A stretch of DNA of 64,000 nucleotides from Candidatus Krumholzibacteriia bacterium (GTDB taxonomy: Bacteria; Krumholzibacteriota; Krumholzibacteriia; JAJRXK01), in assembly GCA_041484665.1 (NCBI GenBank), contig JBGPIA010000003.1, forward strand, positions 192,001-256,000, in the 5' to 3' direction. Each line of letters starts with the position of its first letter. Position 1 is the first letter of the stretch. A program made the position numbers and the translations under genes. The notes under the pieces were generated by a model. It saw only the letters and a list, made by a program, of their open reading frames with translations, was not told the DNA's origin and made no database searches. This document shows, piece by piece, positions 41,235-51,390 of the stretch.

Positions 41235-41263
41235 AGTCTAGGATCGGCCCCCGGGGGTGTCAA
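41235..41263 (-). promoter_or_regulatory. Sigma70-type promoter for the lipoprotein/LysM pair
   Basis: TTGACA-N17-TAGACT. Confidence 0.72.
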
Positions 41264-41441
41264 GCGAAGGTGGGCACAAGACCGCGTGGCGGGCCCAGTT
41301 GCGCGATCGGACGCCGCGCGGCGGGCGCGCAGCTGCCCCTGGGCGGCCAGGCGCGCGGCAGCCCGCAAGCCTTCGGGTGACGCACGTCCAGCGGGCGATC
41401 CCCCGCAGAGCGCCGTCGGGTCTTCCGTCCGCCCGAGGGAC

Positions 41442-43217
41442 TCAGGCCTCCGGGCGCGGCGGCCGGATCACCAGTGCCAGCTCATCGAGCTGGCGTTGGG
41501 TCAGGGGCGACGGAGCCCCGTCCAGCGGGTTGGTCGCGCGCTGGGTCTTGGGGAAGGCGATGACTTCGCGGATGCTCGCGCCCCCGACCAGCAGGGTGAC
41601 CAACCGGTCCAGGCCCAGCGCGATCCCACCGTGGGGCGGCGCCCCATATTCCAGCGCGCGCAGGAACCAACCGAATTTGCCCTCCGCCTCCTGCGGGCTC
41701 ATGCCGCAGGTGGCGAAGACCCGCTCCTGGATCTCGCGGCGATGGATGCGGATGCTGCCCGAGCCCAGCTCCACGCCGTTGCACACCAGGTCGTACAGCT
41801 GCGCGTAGACCCGCCCGGGATCCGACTCGAGGTGGGGCAGGTCCTCCGCCCGCGGCATGGTGAACATGTGGTGCATCGCCGCCCAGCCGCCGGTCTCGGA
41901 ATCGCGCTCGAAGAGCGGGAAGCGGCGGATCCATGCGAAGTGGAAGCTGCCCGCTGCTGTGTGCCCTTGGCGGCGCGCGATGGCCAACCGCAGCTGGCCC
42001 AGCGCGAGGTTGGCAGCCATGCGTTGGTCGGCCACGAGCAGCAGCAGATCCCCGTCGCGCGCGCCGGCGGCGTCGACCAGGGCGCGCAGCGCGTCCTTTG
42101 TGAAGAACTTCTGGCAGCTGCCACTGATCCCGTCGTGGGCCACCTTGAGCCAGACCAGCCCCTTGGCGCCCGCCGCCTTCGCGACGTCCTCGAGTTCGGA
42201 GATGTCCTTGCGCGAGAGCGACGCCAGCCCGTCGGCCACGACGCCCTTGACCACGCCACCGGACGCGAGCACCGAACGGAACACGCCGAACTCGCCGGCC
42301 GAGGCTTGCTCGGACAGGTCGAGCAACGGCAGACCGAAGCGCAGATCGGGCTTGTCCGAGCCGTAGGCGTCCATGGCATCGTCGTAGGTGATGCGCGGGA
42401 ACGGCGCGCTGGGGTCGATGCCGATCGTGCGCTGCAGCACGGCGGTCACCAGGCCCTCGACCAGCGCGAAGACGTCCTCCTCGTCGACGAAGCTCATCTC
42501 CAGGTCGATCTGCGTGTGCTCGGGCTGGCGGTCGGCGCGCAGGTCCTCGTCGCGCAGGCAGCGCGCGAGCTGGTAGTAGCGGTCGACGCCCGCGATCATG
42601 AGCGTCTGTTTGTAGAGTTGCGGGCTCTGCGGCAGCGCGTAGAACGAGCCGTGGTGGATCCGGCTGGGCACGACGTAGTCGCGGGCGCCCTCCGGTGTGG
42701 TCCGGATGAGCAGCGGCGTCTCCACCTCGAGGAAGTTGCTCTCCGAGAGGTAATCGCGCACCGCCTGGATGGTCTCGTGCCGCAAGCGCAGGTTGCGCTG
42801 CATGCGCGGCGAGCGCAGGTGCAGGTAGCGGAACCGCAGCCGCAGCTCCTCGTTGGCCTTGTCGGCCTCGTCGATCTGAAAGGGCAGTGCAGCGCAGCGC
42901 GAGAGCACGTGCAGCTCGCTGGCCTCCACCTCGATGGCGCCCGTGGCGAGGTTGGGATTGACCATATCCGGCGGGCGTGCGCGCACGACGCCGATGACCG
43001 CGACCACGTCCTCGGGCCGCAGCGTCTGGGCGGTCTCCACCAGCTCCGGCCTTTCCCCGAAGACAACCTGGGTCGTGCCGTAGCGATCGCGCAGGTCGAC
43101 GAACACCAGCCCGCCGTGGTCGCGGCGCGCGTCGACCCAGCCGTTGAGGATCACGCTATCGCCGACGCGGGCCAGTCCCAGGTCCCCGCAGGTGTCGGTG
43201 CGCTTGAGCCCCTTCAT
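41442..43217 (-). CDS. aspS: Aspartate--tRNA ligase
   Basis: [60 protein letters not shown]. Confidence 0.97.
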   Translation of the reverse strand: MKGLKRTDTCGDLGLARVGDSVILNGWVDARRDHGGLVFVDLRDRYGTTQVVFGERPELVETAQTLRPEDVVAVIGVVRARPPDMVNPNLATGAIEVEASELHVLSRCAALPFQIDEADKANEELRLRFRYLHLRSPRMQRNLRLRHETIQAVRDYLSESNFLEVETPLLIRTTPEGARDYVVPSRIHHGSFYALPQSPQLYKQTLMIAGVDRYYQLARCLRDEDLRADRQPEHTQIDLEMSFVDEEDVFALVEGLVTAVLQRTIGIDPSAPFPRITYDDAMDAYGSDKPDLRFGLPLLDLSEQASAGEFGVFRSVLASGGVVKGVVADGLASLSRKDISELEDVAKAAGAKGLVWLKVAHDGISGSCQKFFTKDALRALVDAAGARDGDLLLLVADQRMAANLALGQLRLAIARRQGHTAAGSFHFAWIRRFPLFERDSETGGWAAMHHMFTMPRAEDLPHLESDPGRVYAQLYDLVCNGVELGSGSIRIHRREIQERVFATCGMSPQEAEGKFGWFLRALEYGAPPHGGIALGLDRLVTLLVGGASIREVIAFPKTQRATNPLDGAPSPLTQRQLDELALVIRPPRPEA

Positions 43218-43690
43218 ACACTCTCCCCGGAGTCGCCGCCGCCCAGCTGGATGCCGTCGGCGTCCCTCGGGGCCGCCCTCGAATGTCCGTCCCCGCCCGC
43301 GCCGCGCGCCGACCGCAAGGCGAGGTAATAGATGCCGGCCGCAGTCACGCCCAGCGCGATGCCGATCACGTCGGCGACCCAGTCGCGGGCGGAGCACTCG
43401 CGCCCCGGGATGAGCCGCTGCCAAGACTCGTCGGCGGCCCCCAACCCAGCGCCCATCAACGTGGACAAGGTGAGCGCACGCGGCGGGCGCACCCGCACGC
43501 CCAGGAGCCAGCGACAGGTGAGGAAGCCCATCACCGAGTACTCGGAGGCGTGCGCGATCTTGTCCTGAACGGAAAAGCCGACCAAGGCGAGGGTCGGTCC
43601 CGGGATCGACGAGACTGCCAGAATGGCCGCGATCCACACGACCAGCGGCAGCCAATACTGTATGCTGGGGTCCGGGTCCCGGGTTGTCAA
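43214..43690 (-). CDS. VanZ family membrane protein
   Basis: [31 protein letters not shown]. Confidence 0.85.
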   Translation of the reverse strand: MTTRDPDPSIQYWLPLVVWIAAILAVSSIPGPTLALVGFSVQDKIAHASEYSVMGFLTCRWLLGVRVRPPRALTLSTLMGAGLGAADESWQRLIPGRECSARDWVADVIGIALGVTAAGIYYLALRSARGAGGDGHSRAAPRDADGIQLGGGDSGESV

Positions 43691-43769
43691 TGCGTGGTCC
43701 CTTTCCGGTTGCGGCCGGGCGCGTGAGCGTTGCGCGCCAGGGCGGCGGCGCGCGGCGCACGGCGCGGCG

Positions 43770-44633
43770 TCATGGGTGCAGGCTGGGCAGGATCACGTCG
43801 GGCGCGAAACCTTCGATCCCCAGGGCTTGCAGGGCCTCGATCACCATGGCCACCCGTTGGTTGTGAGGGTCGAAACGAAACCGGTCGAGGTTGAGCGCCG
43901 CGTCGCGGGCTACGCGCCGCGCTTTCGCCGGAAGAGAGGCGCACGCGACCAAAGCGAAGTCGTTGCCCGCCTCCCCCGCTGCAATCGACTCGAAGCGCGC
44001 CGGGTCGAGCAGGCCGGCCGCCGCCGCTGCGCGCACGTCCGCCTCCGCGGCAACCGCCACGTCGTAGGCCCCATGGATCAAGGCGTGAATCGCCTCGCTA
44101 TGGTCGTATGGGTTGGCTGCGTACGCCACCAGGCCGAAGTCCTCGGGCAGCCGGAAGCCGCGCTTCAGGAAGTAGGCGCGCGCCCCCTCTCCGCCCGCCC
44201 AGGTCAGGCGATCGCCGAGAATCACCCGTGGCGAGGGGACGGTGTTCCACGGGCGGTCGCGCGGAAAGATTACGAACGGCCGGCAGCTCGCCCCCGACGG
44301 ACGACAGCGGTTGGCCCACGCCAGCACCTCCGCCGAGGGCCAGGCGGAGACGAGCTGCGTCGGCAAAAGCGCCAGGTCGTACGCCTCGGGATGGGAGCGC
44401 AGCTGCTCGTCGGAGGTCACCTCGACGCCCACCACACGGCGCAGGGCGCTCCCCAGGTACTCTGCAAGCGGGGCGACCGCGCGAGCGGTGCGCTCCTGGC
44501 CAGGGCCGACGAGCACACCCAGCCGCAGAGTGCCCGAGGGCGGCGCCGCAGCGATGGGCAGCAGCGTCGACACGGCCGTCCCCACCACCAGGGCGGCGAT
44601 CACCCAGGTCGCCTTCCCGCTCCACTCCCTCAT
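43770..44633 (-). CDS. PhnD-like periplasmic substrate-binding protein
   Basis: Signal peptide; PLAEYLGSALRRVV, HSEAIHALIHGAYDVAV resemble the phosphonate-binding family; ATGA-coupled to the upstream gene. Confidence 0.6.
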   Translation of the reverse strand: MREWSGKATWVIAALVVGTAVSTLLPIAAAPPSGTLRLGVLVGPGQERTARAVAPLAEYLGSALRRVVGVEVTSDEQLRSHPEAYDLALLPTQLVSAWPSAEVLAWANRCRPSGASCRPFVIFPRDRPWNTVPSPRVILGDRLTWAGGEGARAYFLKRGFRLPEDFGLVAYAANPYDHSEAIHALIHGAYDVAVAAEADVRAAAAAGLLDPARFESIAAGEAGNDFALVACASLPAKARRVARDAALNLDRFRFDPHNQRVAMVIEALQALGIEGFAPDVILPSLHP

Positions 44634-45358
44634 GGCCGCTGCCGCGGGGCGTCGCTGCGCCCTGGCTCCCCGGGTCCGCGCGCCAGTTCCAGCGGCACGG
44701 GGGTGGAGGTCGCCCCCAGCGCGGGATCGGCCGCCAGCGTGACCTCCACCTCGACGGGTAACAGCAGCACGTCGGGATCTGGCTTGAGCAGCGCGCAGAG
44801 TCGGCGCACCGGGCGGCGGCGCCGTACCACCTCCAGCGGCACAGTGTCCACGTGGTCGAGCGCGAGCACGATCGGCTCGGGGCCGCACACCTGCACTTCG
44901 GCGGGCACGATCTCCGGAGCGCCCGGCAGCCCATTGGAGGGCGGCGGCTGGCCTTCGACCGCAACGCGCACGGGCAGCGTGCGGCACAGGCGGCGGTAGA
45001 GCTCGACGCGCAGCGACACGGGCGGGACGATCTCCAGGGGCTGGCCCGTCACCTGCGCGTCGAGCGCCGAGATCACATGGCGGTACGCGCCAGCGCGCGT
45101 GCCCGCCAGATCCACGCGAACGTAGCCGCGCTCGCGCAGCGCCAGGTCCTCGACCAAGAGCTGGAGCCGGCTGCCGCGGACGCGCACGCCGACGCGCCGG
45201 GGGAAGTCCCGCTGGTGGAACGCGAGGGAGTCGGGGAGCCCGACCATGCGCACGGGGAGCTGCAGCACCTCGTCGACCTGGCGATGACTGGCCACGTGCA
45301 CCCAGAGCACGAGCGCCACGAGCAGGCAGACGAGCTTGACGCCCAGGTTGTTCAGCAC
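44630..45358 (-). CDS. YbbR/CdaR-like membrane-anchored protein
   Basis: NNLGVKLVCLLVALVLWVHV anchor; YbbR-type repeats (VRVRG; LPVRVAVEG..IVPAEVQVCGP). Confidence 0.75.
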   Translation of the reverse strand: MLNNLGVKLVCLLVALVLWVHVASHRQVDEVLQLPVRMVGLPDSLAFHQRDFPRRVGVRVRGSRLQLLVEDLALRERGYVRVDLAGTRAGAYRHVISALDAQVTGQPLEIVPPVSLRVELYRRLCRTLPVRVAVEGQPPPSNGLPGAPEIVPAEVQVCGPEPIVLALDHVDTVPLEVVRRRRPVRRLCALLKPDPDVLLLPVEVEVTLAADPALGATSTPVPLELARGPGEPGRSDAPRQRP

Positions 45359-45398
45359 GCTCTCGCTCCAGATCGGCGACCGCTGCGGCGGGTCCGGG

Positions 45399-46679
45399 TC
45401 AGGGCACGACCAGCCGCTGCCCCACGCGCAGCTGCGTCGTGCGCAGGTCGTTCGCGCTGCGCAGCGCAGTGACCGAGGTGTGGTAGGTGCGTGCCAGCGT
45501 CCACAGCGTCTCGCCGCTGCGCACCGTGTGCGTCTGCGCGGCCAGCGCGCGCACCGGCGTCTTCTTCTCACCGTACTGCTGGAGGTACTGCGCGACGGCG
45601 TGGGCGAGGGCCGCCCCCATCTCGCTCTGCCCCTGGGCGCTCCGCAGGTGGCGCGCCTCCTGCGGATTGCTCAAGAACCCCGCCTCGACCAAGATGGACG
45701 GCATTGCGAGCGTGCGCAGTACCGCGAAGCTAGCTTGCTTCACCGAGCGGCCGGCGACGTGTCCCTCACGCTCGATCTCGCCGAGGGCCAGCCCGGCCAG
45801 CAGCTCGCTGTTGCGCAGGATGGCAGATCCCCGCAGGTCCATCAGGATCGACATCAGGTCTGAGTCGTTGGACTGCCCCTCGTCGATCCCGACGAGCATC
45901 GCCGCGTTCTCGCGGTCGGCCAGCTCCGAGGCCGCCTGGTCGGTCGCGCCGCGCGGGCTGAGGAAGAACACCTCCGCGCCCTGCGCCCGCCGGGACTGGG
46001 CGCTGTTGGCGTGGATGCACACGAACAGGTCGCCGCGGCTTCGCCGCGCGATGGCGACGCGCTCGCCCAGTGCGACGAAGCGGTCATCGCCGCGGGTGAG
46101 CACCACGCGCAGGCCATCGTAGAGCGCCAGCGAAGCGGCCGCCTGCTTGGCGATCCCCAACGCCACGTCCTTCTCGATCGCAATCCCGCACCCTCGCGTG
46201 CCCGGATCCCTGCCCCCGTGGCCAGCGTCGATCACGACCACGTAGGCCTCCCCCTGCTCCCGCGGCGCGAGCGGGTCGGCCGCCTGGGGGACCGGCTGCA
46301 GGACGTCCACCACCACGCGGAATGGATGGTCCGGCCCGGCCGGTAGGGCGAAGGCGCGGTACTCGTGCCGGGCCGTCAGGTCCAGCACGACTTGCGCGCG
46401 CGCGGGGAGGTTGTTCAGCCGGATGCGGCGGATCCGCCCGTCGCCGAGCTGACGGGGTGCCTCCGGCTGCAGGTCACAGCCGAGCACCTCGATGATGAGG
46501 CGCTCGGGATTGCCCGCGGCACGGACTTCGTAGCCGGCGGAGACGTTGAGGTCGATTACGACGCGCGTGCGCTCGGGGTCGCTGTGGTGGCGCACGCCGA
46601 GCACACGCGCGGCCTGACCCGAGGCGGAGGAGGCCCCGGCCGCGACGAGCGCGAGAGCTGTCAGGAGTCGACCGATCAT
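45399..46679 (-). CDS. N-acetylmuramoyl-L-alanine amidase (AMIN + Amidase_3 + LysM)
   Basis: TRVVIDL; IDAGHGGRDPG, EKDVAL, IHANS, LVEAGFLSN; C-terminal HTVRSGETLW LysM. Confidence 0.93.
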   Translation of the reverse strand: MIGRLLTALALVAAGASSASGQAARVLGVRHHSDPERTRVVIDLNVSAGYEVRAAGNPERLIIEVLGCDLQPEAPRQLGDGRIRRIRLNNLPARAQVVLDLTARHEYRAFALPAGPDHPFRVVVDVLQPVPQAADPLAPREQGEAYVVVIDAGHGGRDPGTRGCGIAIEKDVALGIAKQAAASLALYDGLRVVLTRGDDRFVALGERVAIARRSRGDLFVCIHANSAQSRRAQGAEVFFLSPRGATDQAASELADRENAAMLVGIDEGQSNDSDLMSILMDLRGSAILRNSELLAGLALGEIEREGHVAGRSVKQASFAVLRTLAMPSILVEAGFLSNPQEARHLRSAQGQSEMGAALAHAVAQYLQQYGEKKTPVRALAAQTHTVRSGETLWTLARTYHTSVTALRSANDLRTTQLRVGQRLVVP

Positions 46680-46708
46680 GTCCAGACCCGCGGATTGGGG
46701 ACGGCCGC

Positions 46709-46737
46709 AGGCTAGGAGCGGTCCCGCGCCCTGTCAA
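46709..46737 (-). promoter_or_regulatory. Sigma70-type promoter for the amidase operon
   Basis: TTGACA-N17-TAGCCT. Confidence 0.68.
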
Positions 46738-46801
46738 CGGGCGCAAGCGCGCGGGGGAGAACGGGGGGGCGCGGAGCGGTGCGCCGGCTTGGACTGTGCG
46801 C

Positions 46802-47719
46802 CTATCCCTCGGGCACGATGAAGGCCCAGGGGTTCGCCGACTCGCCGTTGCGCAGGATCTCGTAGTGGAGGTGCGGCGCCGTGCTGCGCCCGCTGCTGCC
46901 GACCTTGCCCAGCAAGTCGCCGCGGCGCACCGTATCGCCCTTCTTCACCGTCATGCCGCTGAGATGCCCGTAGCGCGAAGTCAGCCCGTTGCCGTGATCG
47001 ACCTCCACGACCCAGCCCAGCGTGCCGTACCAGGCCGCGCGGGTGACGCGACCGTTGGCCGTAGCGTAGACACTAGTGCCAAAGGGCGCGGAGAAGTCGA
47101 TCCCGGCGTGGAAGGCTGGCTGCCCGGTGAAGGGGTCGATGCGTCGCCCGAAGCCGCTGGTGAGGAAGCCGCGGGTGACGGGCCGGATGCTGGGCGTGCA
47201 GTCGCGCAGGTACTGGCTCTCCTGCAGCGCGAACAGCACCTTCTCGAAGCCCTGGCTCTGCAACTGCGCCTGCCGGATCAGCTTGTCGGTCTCATCCTGC
47301 AGGCTGATCAGGCGGTCCCGGGTCAGTGGACTGAGCGTGGCCAGCGCGGAGTCCGGCCCGGCCTGGTATCCACCGACACCAACCTGCACGAGGGTGGAGT
47401 CCAGGGGCGGTAGTCCAGCGACCATGTTCGCCCGGTCGAGGAGCTCGAAGTTGCGACCCATCTGAGTCTGGAACTGCGAGACCTTGGTCTCGAGCTGACC
47501 CACCTTGGCCTGGAGCGCCTGGTTCTGCCGCAGCAGCTGCTGGGTCTCGTAGAGATTGATCCCATGCCGGACGAACCCCAGGCTGAACAGCGAGAGGACC
47601 AGCCCCACCAGCCCGGCGACGCCGCCGGCCACTCCCACCATGCGCTTGCTGACGTGCAGAGTGCGCACACCGCCGTGCCGGGAGGGCACGTACAGGAAGG
47701 TCCAGTGGCCGCGTTTCAC
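46802..47719 (-). CDS. M23 family metallopeptidase (TM + coiled coil + M23)
   Basis: HAGIDF, YGHL, GRSTAPHLHYE. GTG start approximate. Confidence 0.93.
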   Translation of the reverse strand: MKRGHWTFLYVPSRHGGVRTLHVSKRMVGVAGGVAGLVGLVLSLFSLGFVRHGINLYETQQLLRQNQALQAKVGQLETKVSQFQTQMGRNFELLDRANMVAGLPPLDSTLVQVGVGGYQAGPDSALATLSPLTRDRLISLQDETDKLIRQAQLQSQGFEKVLFALQESQYLRDCTPSIRPVTRGFLTSGFGRRIDPFTGQPAFHAGIDFSAPFGTSVYATANGRVTRAAWYGTLGWVVEVDHGNGLTSRYGHLSGMTVKKGDTVRRGDLLGKVGSSGRSTAPHLHYEILRNGESANPWAFIVPEG

Positions 47720-47844
47720 GTGTCCAGACCCCAGTCCTGGATTGAAGGCCGACGTCGAAGCCGCGGTCCGGGGGCGACCGTTCCAGCGCCGCGCGGGGGG
47801 CGCCGCCGCGATCGCTTTGGGGTGGGGCACCCAAGCGGTCCCGG

Positions 47845-47873
47845 ACGCTAGGCCATGCCCGCAAGGGTGTCAA
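47845..47873 (-). promoter_or_regulatory. Sigma70-type promoter for the M23 peptidase
   Basis: TTGACA-N17-TAGCGT. Confidence 0.68.
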
Positions 47874-47881
47874 GCCCGCGA

Positions 47882-48051
47882 TGGCCCCGCGCACCAGGAG
47901 GTCAGCAAGAGGCGTTCCACGGACGGTGATCGTGTAAGTGACGGGCCCGTGGGGGGTTCCCACGGGCCCCGACCGGGTTCGCCTCGTTGGGCGAGGCAAT
48001 TCCACAACCACGTGCGCCGACCCTGCAGCTCTTGCCGGGTCGCGGGGGCCA
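47882..48051 (-). ncRNA. Candidate structured RNA (~170 nt), 6S-RNA-like rod
   Basis: Nested helices 47882-91/48041-51, 47905-11/48029-35, 47926-34/48003-11 (G-U pairs only on minus strand), plus terminal hairpins 47943-69 and 47981-97. Confidence 0.45.
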
Positions 48052-48105
48052 CGCCCGGCCCAGCTCGCCAGGCGGTGCCGGCGGACAGAGGCCTGCCCCC
48101 GGGGC

Positions 48106-48978
48106 TCAGGCCTCGTCGTAGTGATCGCGCAGGAGTGCGATCTCCGTGTGGGCCCGCAACCGTGCGAGCGCCCGCTCCTTGAGCTGGCGGATCCGCTCGC
48201 GGGTCAAGCCCAGACGGATGCCGATCTCCTCCAACGTCAGCGGCTCCAGCCGCCCCATGCCGAAGTACAGGCGGAGGATCTCCGCCTCCCGGCCCGGGAG
48301 CCGGTCGAGCACGCGCTCGATGTCCTCCCGTCGGGTGCGCTCCAGGACAGGGTTCTCCGGGCCGCGCTGCGGATCGTCCTGCAGCGTGTCCAGGATCGAG
48401 CGTCCGTCCTCGTCCGGGAGCAGGTCGTCGAGGTGGATCTCAGGCTGCCCGACCTGGAGGGCCTCCCGCACCTCCGCGAGCGGGATCCCGGCGGCGCGGG
48501 AGATCTCCGCGGGGGACGGTTGGGTCCCGCCGCTCTGCTGAAGGCGATTGCGGGTACGGAAGACCTTGGTGAGGACCGCGCTGCGGTTCTGCGGGAGCCG
48601 CACGGTGCGCGACTGGTCCGCGATGGCCTGCAGGATGGCCTGGCGGATCCACCAGACTGCGTAGCTGATGAACTTGAAGCCGCGCTGCTCATCGAAGCGG
48701 CGGCCGGCCTTCATCAGCCCGATGTTGCCCTCGTTGATCAGGTCCTGCAGGCTGAGGCCCTGCCCGATGTAGTGCTTGGCGACCGTCACGACGAACCGGA
48801 GGTTCGCACGCACGAGATCGTGGAGCGCCTCGTCGTCGCCCTGGCGGATGCGTTGGGCGAGCAGAACCTCCTGCTCGCGCTTCAGGAGTGGATACCGCCC
48901 GATCTCCCGGAGATAGCTCTCGAGGCTGCGTTCATGACGGCCTTCCAGAAGCTCCCGGCGACGGATCATGGCCAGCAT
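48106..48978 (-). CDS. RNA polymerase sigma factor, RpoD/SigA family, short form lacking region 1.1
   Basis: YLREIG, ANLRFVV.VAK.Y, DLINEGNIGL, RGFKFISYAVWWIRQAI, LTLEEIG..LGLTRERIRQ. Start may be 48969. Confidence 0.93.
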   Translation of the reverse strand: MLAMIRRRELLEGRHERSLESYLREIGRYPLLKREQEVLLAQRIRQGDDEALHDLVRANLRFVVTVAKHYIGQGLSLQDLINEGNIGLMKAGRRFDEQRGFKFISYAVWWIRQAILQAIADQSRTVRLPQNRSAVLTKVFRTRNRLQQSGGTQPSPAEISRAAGIPLAEVREALQVGQPEIHLDDLLPDEDGRSILDTLQDDPQRGPENPVLERTRREDIERVLDRLPGREAEILRLYFGMGRLEPLTLEEIGIRLGLTRERIRQLKERALARLRAHTEIALLRDHYDEA

Positions 48979-49173
48979 TCCTTCTTTGGGGTCGAGATCC
49001 CGGCTACCGGCTAGCCGGTTGGGAAGTTCACCATCACCTCCTTCGCGCGGCGCGTGGCGCTGGGTGCGCCGCGTCCGCTGCAGTTGCCGCGGCGCGTTGG
49101 CGAGCGCGCCGCGTGGCTGCGGGAATCTGCGTTCGCCGTGCCGCGGGCGTCGCGCGACGCCGCAGCCGGCCGC

Positions 49174-50781
49174 TCAGTGCGCCGACTCGTCCTTGCGACC
49201 CTGTCCAGGGTCGACCGTCACGTAGCTCGTCAAGTCACCGCGGCGGATCATGAGCGTCACGGGATCGTGTGCGTCCCGCAAGCGATCCACCGCCGCGAGA
49301 TACTCGTCGATCCCAGCGATCTCCATGTCGCCGATCTCCACGATCACATCGCCCGGCCGCAGCCGCGCGGCGTCGGCGGGGCTGCCGGGCCCCACGTCGG
49401 TGACGAGCGCGCCGGTGCTCTGCTTGATGTCGAACCGCTCCTTGAGCTCCTGCACGCGGGGGCTGTGGGGGTCGTTCAGGCCGTGTACGGCCATCCCCAG
49501 CCAGCGCTCCGCGGCCGGCACGGGCAGATTCGCCGCTGCCGCCGCGAGCTGCTCCTCTGGATACTCGATCAGCGTGACGTCGATCTGGCGCTCCTTGGCC
49601 TCGCGCAGGATCTTCAGCGCGGCCTTCGATCCCACATCGGCATCGGCCACGCGGAATTGGAGGTCGCGGCTGCTGCCCACGGGGATCCCGTTGAACTGCA
49701 GGATGAGGTCCCCCTCCTTGAGCCCGGCGGTCGCAGCCGGCGTGTCGGGCGCCACCTCCTGGACCAGGACGCCGTGCGCGCGGTCGATCTTGTAGGTGCG
49801 GGCCAGCTCGGGCGTGAGGTTGGTCATGACCACGCCCAGGTAGCCGCGCACGACGTGGCCGTGCTGCACCAGGTCGCGGTAGACGCGGCTGGCAAGGTTG
49901 ATGGGGATGGCGAAGCCGATCCCCTGGGCTGAGGCGTTGATAGCCGTGTTGACTCCCACGACCTCGCCGCGGATGTTGAGCAACGGACCCCCGCTGTTGC
50001 CGGGATTGATCGCGGCATCGGTCTGCAGGAAGTCCTGGTAGCGCGGGGCCGCGCCCTGGATGGGCAGGTCGAAGCGGCCCTTGGCGCTCAGCACGCCGAC
50101 GGTAAGGCTCCCCTCCAGGCGGCCCAGCGGATTGCCGATAGCGATGGCCCAGTCGCCGACCTCCATCTTCTCGCTGTCGCCGAACTTCAGGAACGGAAGC
50201 CCCTTGCCCGACTCGATCTTGACGACCGCGACATCGGTGCTGGGGTCCTGGCCCACCACGCGAGCCTTGAAGTACTCCTCGTTGCCCGGGAGCTTGACCT
50301 CGATCTCGTCCACGTCGGCCACGACGTGGTTATTGGTCAGGACGTATCCGTCGGCGCTCACCAGGAAGCCGCTACCCGCCCCGGGCAGGTCGAACTCGCG
50401 CTCCATGAACTCCCGGTCACGCGGGAAGAACTGCCGGAACATCTCCTCCAGCGGATTCTCCTGGAGCATCTCGCCGTGCGTGGCGGTTTTGCGCGTGCGG
50501 ATCGCCACCACCGCGGGCATCACGGCGTCGGCGACCTTCGCGAATGGGCTGTGGAGTTCGGCATCGGCCAGCGCGGCGTAACGGCCTGCCGACGATTGCG
50601 CGGCGGCTCGGCCGGCGCCCACAGCCAACAGCGCGCACGCGACCGCGATCAGGGCCACGCCCCGGGAAACGCCGCAACCGCACCCAGCGAGGATTCTCGC
50701 GCGGAAGCGACACAGCGGGGCGCCTACCGCAGGTGCACCGCGACGCAATGAAGAGACACATGCACGACGCCCGTGGTCCAT
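49174..50781 (-). CDS. DegP/HtrA (Do family) serine protease with two PDZ domains
   Basis: TNNHVV, DVAVVK, QTDAAINPGNSGGPL; two PDZ domains. Start uncertain. Confidence 0.94.
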   Translation of the reverse strand: MDHGRRACVSSLRRGAPAVGAPLCRFRARILAGCGCGVSRGVALIAVACALLAVGAGRAAAQSSAGRYAALADAELHSPFAKVADAVMPAVVAIRTRKTATHGEMLQENPLEEMFRQFFPRDREFMEREFDLPGAGSGFLVSADGYVLTNNHVVADVDEIEVKLPGNEEYFKARVVGQDPSTDVAVVKIESGKGLPFLKFGDSEKMEVGDWAIAIGNPLGRLEGSLTVGVLSAKGRFDLPIQGAAPRYQDFLQTDAAINPGNSGGPLLNIRGEVVGVNTAINASAQGIGFAIPINLASRVYRDLVQHGHVVRGYLGVVMTNLTPELARTYKIDRAHGVLVQEVAPDTPAATAGLKEGDLILQFNGIPVGSSRDLQFRVADADVGSKAALKILREAKERQIDVTLIEYPEEQLAAAAANLPVPAAERWLGMAVHGLNDPHSPRVQELKERFDIKQSTGALVTDVGPGSPADAARLRPGDVIVEIGDMEIAGIDEYLAAVDRLRDAHDPVTLMIRRGDLTSYVTVDPGQGRKDESAH

Positions 50782-50892
50782 GCTCTCCCTCCGCTCGCAC
50801 CGGTGGCGCAAACGGTTGGCGGCGTCGTGTCGCGATCGTCCCGCGCGGCGGGAAGGGGTGGGACCCTTCGGCGAGAAGCACCGCGCGTTATT

Positions 50893-50921
50893 AGTGTAAC
50901 CCGATGTGGTGGAAGCGTCAA
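50893..50921 (-). promoter_or_regulatory. Sigma70-type promoter for the DegP gene
   Basis: TTGACG-N17-TACACT. Confidence 0.65.
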
Positions 50922-51253
50922 CGCTCCGGCCGCTGCGGCCCGTTGCCGGTCTCCCCGGCGCGGCGGCGGATGTCCCGGATCTCGTCATCCTTGGCCTCCC
51001 GCTCCGCCTCAAGGGCCTTCAGGCGCTCGACGAGGCGCTGCACGGTGGGATCGGTGGCCACGAGCTCTCCTTCTCCGGCGCGGACCAGGCGGTAGACCTC
51101 CCGCCCCAGGTCCTCGTAGTGGTGTTGGAGATCCCGCGCGATCGTAAAGCGGTCGTAGCGCTTGACGCCGACACGCGCCATCTCCTCGGTGCGCTCCGCG
51201 GCGAGCGTGTACAGCTCGAAAAAGGTCGATTTGACGTCGTTCCACCGCGACAC
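50918..51253 (-). CDS. Small helical hypothetical protein
   Basis: AAGGAGG upstream of the GTG; amphipathic helical sequence (AERTEEMARVG...YEDLGREVY). Confidence 0.72.
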   Translation of the reverse strand: MSRWNDVKSTFFELYTLAAERTEEMARVGVKRYDRFTIARDLQHHYEDLGREVYRLVRAGEGELVATDPTVQRLVERLKALEAEREAKDDEIRDIRRRAGETGNGPQRPER

Positions 51254-51390
51254 GGGGATCCACCCTCCTTGCGCCACCCGCGCCCCATCCGGCCCGGGTC
51301 CGAGCGTGGCGCGCCTGGGACCTTTGGGCTACCCTGGCCGGGGCCTCCCCGGCCCGCCGCCACCCGAGTCCGAACAGGATATTCCACCCG

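Noticed and set aside
43662..43690. TTGACA at the VanZ-family gene start as an internal aspS promoter
   Set aside because: No acceptable -10 element at 16-18 bp spacing.
47882..48051. c-di-AMP (ydaO) or other riboswitch for the M23 gene
   Set aside because: Consensus motifs not recognised, and the M23 promoter lies downstream of the structure.
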